DNA from: an uncultured virus (IMG/VR IMGVR_UViG_3300010262_000228)
Lineage: Duplodnaviria; Heunggongvirae; Uroviricota; Caudoviricetes
Strand: one strand, 5' to 3'
DNA length: 64,000 nt
IMG/VR virus record: IMGVR_UViG_3300010262_000228
Numbering within the stretch: the stretch's first letter is position 1; every line of letters starts with the position of its first letter. The translations under genes were made by a program, and so were the position numbers. Positions 57,133-64,000 of this stretch are shown piece by piece. The notes below the pieces were generated by a model that ran no database searches, had not been told where the DNA came from, and saw only the letters and a list, made by a program, of their open reading frames with translations.

Positions 57133-57864
57133 TCACTTTAGATACTCCCTCGTCAGAATTCGCATGGAATAATCAGACGGTTGGAGATTCAATTCATATG
57201 CATCAGAGTATATTCTGGGCACCTTCTTCAAGCGGAAATTCATATCCTCCAAATCGAAGGTTGCAAGATCCAGTTCTTCGACACCTAACCACTGAGAATA
57301 GGTATCGTACATTTCCCCGGAGCCTTTCTTGAACGCTTCTGCAATGTCTTCGAGGCCACCGGTGCCGCCGCAATCTTCAATGATGCCATAGCCTGCGCCA
57401 TCAAGCACTCGTGGAAGCTCCTTGCCGGGCAGCTCGGTATCCTGAAAGATTTTCTCAACAGTCAAATTGATTTCCCAGCCATCGCCGTAATCGTACTGCA
57501 TGGAAGCCCTGTCGCCTTCGTTCTCCAGAACTTTGTAGAGCTTGTTGGAGCAGGCATCCATTGATTGCACATCTACGAACTCAGCGGACCATTCGTTCTG
57601 CACTTCGTATCGAAGCACAGGCCGAATAAAGGTTACTAGCTCATCTGTTGTGGGGGCACCTTGCTTCTCCTTATGCTGAATGTAGTTTGATCGATACGGA
57701 ACTTCAATGCAGAACAGATGACTTGCCTGCATTTCAAAAAGCGTCATTATGATGTAACCCAGACGAGCGATGGAGATGTTCTGCATCACCTGAAAGCGCC
57801 GCCACATTTTCGGCTCATAATCAGCAAGCTCTGCATAAATCTGGTAGATCGGTTGAGATGCCAT
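57133..57864 (-). CDS. pRiA4b ORF-3 family protein
   Basis: PKMWRRFQV, HLF, YDYGDGW, EDCGG.GG. Confidence 0.85.
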   Translation of the reverse strand: MASQPIYQIYAELADYEPKMWRRFQVMQNISIARLGYIIMTLFEMQASHLFCIEVPYRSNYIQHKEKQGAPTTDELVTFIRPVLRYEVQNEWSAEFVDVQSMDACSNKLYKVLENEGDRASMQYDYGDGWEINLTVEKIFQDTELPGKELPRVLDGAGYGIIEDCGGTGGLEDIAEAFKKGSGEMYDTYSQWLGVEELDLATFDLEDMNFRLKKVPRIYSDAYELNLQPSDYSMRILTREYLK

Positions 57865-57903
57865 AGGTTGTCCCTCCTCCTGTATGTAATCGTGCGCGTA
57901 TTA

Positions 57904-58257
57904 TCATTTAGTCAGTTGATGACTCATTTCCAACAAACTCTTCATCAATTCAGCATCTACCGAGCCGTCAAGAAGGATGCTGATCCATTTTTCCTTATTC
58001 ATATGATAGGCCGGAAAAATCCCCGGCTCCTGTCGCAAAGTGCCTGAGAGCAGGGGGTCACATTTAACATTGACAACATCCACGGTTCCTTCACCGGAGA
58101 GGCCAAGCTTTGACCTGCCTACTTCCAATATAACTGCGTACCATTTCCGGGACGGTTGATGCCGCAGCACGGCATTGTTGTCTCCCCATGGATAATCCGG
58201 CTCGGTTCCATATAGCCCTTTTGCCAGATCAAAAAGCTCTTCTCTGGTACTGCCCAT
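57904..58257 (-). CDS. MmcQ/YjbR family protein
   Basis: KWYA, VNVKCDP, PAYHMNKEKWISI.LDG. Confidence 0.88.
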   Translation of the reverse strand: MGSTREELFDLAKGLYGTEPDYPWGDNNAVLRHQPSRKWYAVILEVGRSKLGLSGEGTVDVVNVKCDPLLSGTLRQEPGIFPAYHMNKEKWISILLDGSVDAELMKSLLEMSHQLTK

Positions 58258-58576
58258 GGATTGACACCACCCTCCCAAGTCTGCAAAAAATTGACCAAAA
58301 TTTGCGGCCTAATCCCCATGCAAGACCGCTGTATACTCTTCCCATAGAATTAGCAAAAATATCGTTTGAATAAGAGATGTGGCTTTCCAGAACACACTTC
58401 TCGATGAATACGCCTTTCAATTATTTGCATGAAGGCCGCAAGAAATCAAGATGCACTCAGGGTATGAGAAAACCGCAAAATCGCCATCTAATTTTGCGGT
58501 CTTAATTTTCCTTTTGCACCATTTAACCGCACTTAAATAATACTCGAAAGCGATTGAGTATACAAGCCAAGTCTGA

Positions 58577-58891
58577 TTAGTCTGGGCTTGTATGTGATTC
58601 GAGCAAATGAAGTGCATCTTCCCTTGCGCGGTCGTCTGCATTGCGAGCTGCAACCACTAGGGCTCGTTCATAAGAGGACAGCGTTCCGTCCTCTACTTGC
58701 TCCTTGCCAACTAAATAATCAATAGTGACGCCAAACAAATCAGACAGTCTGATGAGGACATCAATCGAAGGCTGTCTGGTTTCTCTCTCATATCTGCTGT
58801 ACACCATAACACTACAGCCAATGGCATCTGCCACCTGCTGTTGTGTAAGGCTACGTTTTGTGCGTAAGTCTTTCAAATTCACGGCATACAC
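58577..58891 (-). CDS. XRE-family repressor (ImmR-like)
   Basis: LKDLR....LTQQQVA...YSRYE...RQP...L..LSD.FGVTIDYL.G. Confidence 0.88.
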   Translation of the reverse strand: MYAVNLKDLRTKRSLTQQQVADAIGCSVMVYSRYERETRQPSIDVLIRLSDLFGVTIDYLVGKEQVEDGTLSSYERALVVAARNADDRAREDALHLLESHTSPD

Positions 58892-58962
58892 CTCCCGTGT
58901 AACTGACTTGATTATACTACCGGTGCGGTTATATGAGTATGTCCGTTTTGGTTAATTACTTG

Positions 58963-58991
58963 TTGACGAATAACCAAATTGGCTATATAAT
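58963..58991 (+). promoter_or_regulatory. Sigma70-type promoter for AAA_25/recombinase operon
   Basis: TTGACG-17-TATAAT; GGTTA/TAACC motifs repeated around it. Confidence 0.7.
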
Positions 58992-59031
58992 ATCTCCGTA
59001 ATGGTTATTATGTTGCGAGGAGGTGTTATCC

Positions 59032-60027
59032 GTGAACGAGGCTTTATGCGTGTACTATTCATCAGTCGAAAGCAAAAAAGTCGACTGGTTATGGTATCCG
59101 TATATTCCTTACGGAAAGCTAACCTTGCTGCAAGGTGATCCCGGCGAAGGAAAATCAACCTTCATTATCAATGTAGCCGCTCGATTAACTAATGGTGAGG
59201 CCATGCCAGGGACTTCGGATGCGGGTACCCCCCAAACGGTGATTTACCAATGTGCGGAGGATAATGTCGCAGATACCATCAAACCTCGATTAGTTGCTGC
59301 GGGAGCTGACTGCTCCCGAATTGCATTTATTGCAGATGAAAGCGAACAGCTTACATTAGAAGATCAGCGCATCGAGCAGGCCATAAAGGAAACGAAAGCT
59401 CGACTGCTTATCATAGATCCATTACAGGCTTTTATGGCACAAGACGGTGATATGCAAAATGCCGTTCGTGTGCGCACAGTCCTTCGCAAGCTGGCAAATG
59501 TGGCCGATAGAAATAATTGTGCCGTTGTTATGATTGGTCACATGAATAAAGGTGTCGGTGGAAAGAACCTGTATAGAAGTTTGGGGAGCATTGACATAGC
59601 AGCAATCTCAAGAAGCGTCCTTATGATTGCAAGGGATAATGCAGATCCAAATCTGCGGTATATGTTTCCGGTTAAAAGCAGTCTTGCCGCTGAAGGAAGC
59701 CCGATTGCCTTCCGTATGGATGAAAAACGTGGCTTTACATGGATTGGTAAATGTGCCATGGGAGATTCTGTCAAGAATGAGGATGCAAACATATCCAAAT
59801 TGGATCTCGCGCGTAGCTTTATTGTCGATATCCTCGCAGATGGTCCCGCTCCCGCAAAAGACATTATTGGCGACTTAGCAAAATTGAGTATTGGTCAAAG
59901 AACCGTTGAGAGCGCTAAGAAAGCACTTGGCGTCAAGTCACATCGCATTGGTTCTGCGTGGTTCTGGTCTTTGGACGGGAACTATGAACAAAGAACGGGA
60001 GGTCATTCAGTATGCGATATCGAGTAG
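59032..60027 (+). CDS. AAA_25 (RepA helicase-like) ATPase
   Basis: WLWYPYIP.GK...GDPGEGKS, AED, IIDP, H.NK, GS.DI. Confidence 0.85.
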   Translation: MNEALCVYYSSVESKKVDWLWYPYIPYGKLTLLQGDPGEGKSTFIINVAARLTNGEAMPGTSDAGTPQTVIYQCAEDNVADTIKPRLVAAGADCSRIAFIADESEQLTLEDQRIEQAIKETKARLLIIDPLQAFMAQDGDMQNAVRVRTVLRKLANVADRNNCAVVMIGHMNKGVGGKNLYRSLGSIDIAAISRSVLMIARDNADPNLRYMFPVKSSLAAEGSPIAFRMDEKRGFTWIGKCAMGDSVKNEDANISKLDLARSFIVDILADGPAPAKDIIGDLAKLSIGQRTVESAKKALGVKSHRIGSAWFWSLDGNYEQRTGGHSVCDIE

Positions 60028-60518
60028 CTGGATATGTAAAGTTGGCAAAGCTCTGGGAGCGTAGCCGAGATACTGCCATCCCGTATCACCATCAATACTA
60101 CGAGAAGAAGTTTGAAGGACACCCTGATTTCGAGCTTGTGGATGTTTATATCGATATCACCGGACGGAAGGAAATCAAGAACCGGCCCGAAATGTTGCGC
60201 CTGATCAATGACTGCAGAGAAGGGAAAATCGACTGCATCGCAACACAGACGAGAGCGTATCTTGCAGCCAACACCGGAGAGTTCTGCAGTTTGTTGCGGT
60301 ACCTCTTTGACATGGCGAATCCTATTCACATCATCACCGAAGATGAGCAATACAACATCAACACAATCGCGAACGATGACCATCAGAGAGAAGAACTCTA
60401 TCGAATGGCAAGAAGTTTCACAGAGATAAATCCCGACGAATACCGAAAATGGCTGGAGGATGTATTCCTCGGCATCGATAAATACGTACCGCAGGAGAGT
60501 GGAACCCATGGATACTGA
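60012..60518 (+). CDS. Stand-alone resolvase-like domain lacking the catalytic Ser motif
   Basis: GYVKLAK replaces YxRVS; retains DITG...RPEM.RLI.DC..GKID.I. Confidence 0.7.
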   Translation: MRYRVAGYVKLAKLWERSRDTAIPYHHQYYEKKFEGHPDFELVDVYIDITGRKEIKNRPEMLRLINDCREGKIDCIATQTRAYLAANTGEFCSLLRYLFDMANPIHIITEDEQYNINTIANDDHQREELYRMARSFTEINPDEYRKWLEDVFLGIDKYVPQESGTHGY

Positions 60519-62490
60519 TAAGCTCAAAGAAATGCCGGAAGCAACAGCAAGCGGTGAGGCAGAAGCTGTTGCCTCTGCCCCAGAAAAGCCTGTCAGCACA
60601 TGGCGGCCACAGGATGCAGACCGTGAAATCATCAAGGCAAATATTCGCCGTAGAGTTTGGTCATCCAATGCGTCCCCAAAGGCACAATTCATCCCGGCCA
60701 AGCCTTTGCCCACCGTTCAGGATGAGGGGCAAAAGCGAGTGGCTGTGTATGCCCGAGTCAGTACGAAGAGCACTGAACAGGTCTCATCGATTGAGAACCA
60801 GACTCGATACTATACCGAAAAGATTGAAAAGACCCCCAATTGGGATATGCAGGAAATCTATAGTGATGAGGGCATTTCCGGCGTCTCCATCAAAAAGCGT
60901 CCCGCATTCCTTCGCATGATCGATGATGCCAGCCATAAACGGATGGATCTTATTCTCTGTGCCAGTGTCTCGAGATTTGCTCGTAATATGTCCGAATGCT
61001 TGGAGCAGATCCAGATACTGAGGACGAAAAATCCCTCACATCCCGTCGGTGTTTACTTCGAAACCGAGAACATCTACACCCTCGACCCCAGAAGCTCCGA
61101 CCAGCTCCAGATCCACGCAATGCTGGCTGACTGGGAATCCGCCAATAAGAGCAGACGCATGATTCTCTCCTATGACCAGAGAATCAGCACCGGACAGTAT
61201 CCAGTTTCTGACTTGCTGGGGTATCGGCATACCGAAGACGGTCAGTTGATCATCCAGGAGGATGAGGCGACTACAGTGCGCTTTATCTTCCTTGCCTACC
61301 TTGTAGGTTACTCTCTGGGCGAGATTGCCGATATCCTGACCGAAAAGGCAAGGCCGACCCTGAAGGGCAATACCGTATGGAATGCCGCCATGGTAAAGAA
61401 CATCATGCAGAATGAGCGGCGTTGGGGACACCTCGAAGCGCGAAAGAGCATCGTCATTGACCACAAGTCCAAGAAGGTGACCAAGAATAACAACACTCGT
61501 GACTCCGCCTACGATCCTGAACATCACGAGGGAATCGTCACCTACGAAATCGCCAAGGCCGTACATATGGTAGCCGCAAGCGGCAGATCGTTAAAAGGTG
61601 GCATCCACGATTTGCACGTTATCGAAGAGGGTGCGCTGAAAGGATTTATCTGCGTCTGCCCTGCATGGAGCGGTATGAACAGTCAGGCTCTGCAGGATAT
61701 CTGTACAAGCGTATATTCCGATGATGAGTTCGAAGACCTGCAGTATAAAGCAAGTATCCTGCGTGGTGAAGCACATGGCAAAGTGGATTCTATGACTTTC
61801 TACAGCTATGAGGCACCTCCGGGCGTTTACTTCATGAACAGCAGGACACCGTCTCTAACGCTTTCAAAGAAAAACATCAAACTCAATGCAGCTTGTAAAG
61901 CCCGTTTCACCAAGTACACCCATGTAGAAATCCTTTATCATCCTGTGCTTCAGGTAATTGCCCTGCGCGGCTGCGCGCCTGATGCTCCGAATGCAGTTCC
62001 TCTCGATGTTGATAAGGCGAATACTCCGATTCCAACCAATTCCTTCACCGAAGCTATCTTCGAAAAGATGGAATGGGTTCCTCGCTATCGTTTCCGTTTC
62101 CGTGGGATCGGTCGGGAGCGTGGCAACAGCCAAATCATGCTGTTCTTCCTTGACGATCCGCAGATCCTTCTCCCTAAAAAGGATCGGGAGCGCATAGAAG
62201 CAGAGAAAGAAGAATGTGAAAGCAATGCACGCTATATTCCCTATAAAGTGCAGGAAGAAGCTGTAGTGATGGAAGATAATCCCTTCCAAGTGGCCTATCC
62301 CGAAAAATGGGGTGGCCACCATATCGGAATTAGCTATGGCCTGTGTGAACAAAGAAATTTGCTGCTCAATACCTTAACCGAACGCGATCTCCGTATCGAA
62401 GGCACTGCCGTACTGAATCCCCTGATTGGCATTTTGCCGGACCGACTTGAGGTTGAAGATGAAATCGAGCAGTTGCTTCTGAAAATGTAA
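60508..62490 (+). CDS. Large serine recombinase with long C-terminal extension
   Basis: VYARVST, DEGISG, SVSRFARN, recombinase domain. Confidence 0.9.
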   Translation: MDTDKLKEMPEATASGEAEAVASAPEKPVSTWRPQDADREIIKANIRRRVWSSNASPKAQFIPAKPLPTVQDEGQKRVAVYARVSTKSTEQVSSIENQTRYYTEKIEKTPNWDMQEIYSDEGISGVSIKKRPAFLRMIDDASHKRMDLILCASVSRFARNMSECLEQIQILRTKNPSHPVGVYFETENIYTLDPRSSDQLQIHAMLADWESANKSRRMILSYDQRISTGQYPVSDLLGYRHTEDGQLIIQEDEATTVRFIFLAYLVGYSLGEIADILTEKARPTLKGNTVWNAAMVKNIMQNERRWGHLEARKSIVIDHKSKKVTKNNNTRDSAYDPEHHEGIVTYEIAKAVHMVAASGRSLKGGIHDLHVIEEGALKGFICVCPAWSGMNSQALQDICTSVYSDDEFEDLQYKASILRGEAHGKVDSMTFYSYEAPPGVYFMNSRTPSLTLSKKNIKLNAACKARFTKYTHVEILYHPVLQVIALRGCAPDAPNAVPLDVDKANTPIPTNSFTEAIFEKMEWVPRYRFRFRGIGRERGNSQIMLFFLDDPQILLPKKDRERIEAEKEECESNARYIPYKVQEEAVVMEDNPFQVAYPEKWGGHHIGISYGLCEQRNLLLNTLTERDLRIEGTAVLNPLIGILPDRLEVEDEIEQLLLKM

Positions 62491-62500
62491 TGGAGGGCGA

Positions 62501-63208
62501 ATGATGAGCACAACCGAACAGAAAAGCCAGGGTTATACCGCGAAAGAACAGGAACTTATCCGTCAGCTCGTTCAGGCCCGGTTAGAGCAAAAGAGCGAGT
62601 TGGGTTATGAGAGCTTGGAAAGCTATGAATTGCCTCCCCGCACACAATTCTCTATGCTCAACAAACCGGCAGTCAGTATCAAGCATAGAGAAATGACCTT
62701 CAATATGGCGTGTATTCGTCTGTTTGAAGGTGTACAATTCATCCTCCCCTTCACCAGCCGCACGAAGAAGCGTTTGGCCGTGGCCACCTGTAACGAAGAA
62801 GAGGCTGAATCTGTCCAATGGGCACGCATCAATAACAAAGGGGCTTGGGCAAACAGAACTATCGTGTCTGAAGAGTATCTGCATAAGATCTTTGAATTCA
62901 TGCACTGGGACCCGAACTGCCGCTACAAGGTAATGGGGCGCGTTACGAACTCGGATCGTGGTCTCATCCTCGTCTTTGATTTGGACGAAGCGATTCTCTT
63001 TACCACACCCGAAGAATATGTGGACAGAAGAACTGGCGAGGTCAAGAAACGCACGATCAAGTATTATCCTGACGAATACAGGGAGCGAATCGGAAAGTCC
63101 TACAAGGATTATCTCGAGAAATATCAGATGAGTATGTTCGAGCAGCTCAGTGATTATGGCAGCGAGGATGAACAGCAAGCCCCCGCACCTAGTTTCAGTG
63201 GGTATTAA
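62501..63208 (+). CDS. Hypothetical protein of the recombinase module
   Basis: KPAVSI....MTFNMACIRLF...M.W....RYK..G resembles the C-terminal extension of the upstream recombinase. Confidence 0.75.
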   Translation: MMSTTEQKSQGYTAKEQELIRQLVQARLEQKSELGYESLESYELPPRTQFSMLNKPAVSIKHREMTFNMACIRLFEGVQFILPFTSRTKKRLAVATCNEEEAESVQWARINNKGAWANRTIVSEEYLHKIFEFMHWDPNCRYKVMGRVTNSDRGLILVFDLDEAILFTTPEEYVDRRTGEVKKRTIKYYPDEYRERIGKSYKDYLEKYQMSMFEQLSDYGSEDEQQAPAPSFSGY

Positions 63209-63218
63209 GGAGGGCAGT

Positions 63219-63599
63219 ATGAGTAACGGAGAAAAGAGCGCAACCGCAAAGACTCTGAGTCTTATTCTCACTATCAAGAGTTTAAGAAACAAAATATATG
63301 TAGGAAAAGACATCGTTCGAGTTCTCGGTGCCCCTAGATATGTATGCGTAAAAATCAATGAGGATATGTCCTCTCTTGCCATTCAGCCCGGTGATGAGAA
63401 GGAATATATGTCATTTAAGGTCCCAGAAAAACTATTCCTCTCTCACAAATGCGAATTCACCATAAACAGCAAGAGTTTTGTGAATGATCTGCTCAAAGCA
63501 AACAACCTAGACCCTACAAAGAATCACCCGATTACTGGAGTGTATTCCGAAAAGACAAACTCCGTCATTTTCAAAATCAATCCCGATACGGAGAACTGA
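63219..63599 (+). CDS. Hypothetical protein
   Basis: AAGGAGG RBS before ATG 63219. Confidence 0.7.
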   Translation: MSNGEKSATAKTLSLILTIKSLRNKIYVGKDIVRVLGAPRYVCVKINEDMSSLAIQPGDEKEYMSFKVPEKLFLSHKCEFTINSKSFVNDLLKANNLDPTKNHPITGVYSEKTNSVIFKINPDTEN

Positions 63600-63652
63600 C
63601 ATCGTAATGAAACAAAAGCACCCCGCCGAGCGACGAGGTGCGGTCAATGTAT

Positions 63653-64000
63653 TTACTTGCGTTTCGCTTCCAGATCGGATTCCTTGATGGTTCTACTGTT
63701 GGCGTACCATGCGGAGCGTTTGTTGCTCCATCTACCGCCACGTGCCTCAATCAGTTCCTTGTGTGCGTCAGTATCCCCAGACAGCCAGATAACCGGAGAA
63801 TCGGTCTGTGCTCCCTTGATGGTAGTAGTCACACCCTCCAGGTCGGCAAAGCGTGTTGCAATCATTTCTGCAATGCTGACTTCTGACGGATGTTCAGATT
63901 GATGCAGCTCTACAGGCGCATCATCGCTCAAAGCATCGAAAAGTGCATTCGCGTAGACAAGCAGTGTCGCCCGTTCCTTCCGTGAGAGATTGCTCGGAAA
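63653..64000 (-). CDS. 3' end of a hypothetical protein (5' part beyond window)
   Basis: Frame is open to the window edge; IWLSGDT..HKE.I...GGRWS.KR.AWY. Confidence 0.65.
   Translation of the reverse strand, partial: FPSNLSRKERATLLVYANALFDALSDDAPVELHQSEHPSEVSIAEMIATRFADLEGVTTTIKGAQTDSPVIWLSGDTDAHKELIEARGGRWSNKRSAWYANSRTIKESDLEAKRK

Overview
Most of this window (about 1-54,630) is one integrative conjugative element (ICE) of the type found in Clostridia; the gene families suggest a gut Oscillospiraceae/Ruminococcaceae-like host, which is inference. In order: (1) a Gram-positive T4SS/transfer module (PrgI-like, VirB4, NlpC/P60 hydrolase, candidate oriT, RHH accessory protein, HUH relaxase, Toprim protein, VirD4, small HTH); (2) a roughly 19.5 kb cargo island holding a 17-gene minus-strand operon that joins a His-Xaa-Ser radical-SAM system and an A24 peptidase to a kinase/FHA/PP2C/ClpB-like AAA/radical-SAM module, transcribed divergently from a WYL regulator; (3) a LexA-like repressor / DinB / ImmA-IrrE / zinc-ribbon / sigma-like regulatory cassette followed by a structured non-coding region; (4) a run of ArdA-like, DUF4314, DUF3846 and ADP-ribosyltransferase-like genes, many ending in a shared Gln/Glu...MGGM-type tail also seen in weaker form on the relaxase; (5) an ABC-ATPase + TOPRIM (RloA/RloB, AbiL-like) pair; (6) a serine-recombinase triplet. 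After 54,630 lies more accessory DNA: an unknown helical protein followed by a candidate 384-nt structured RNA with a quasi-periodic 7-8 nt tract, small regulators, and a second AAA_25 + serine recombinase module. I found no rRNA, tRNA, CRISPR array or reverse transcriptase. All family calls come from reading motifs by eye; no database search was run.
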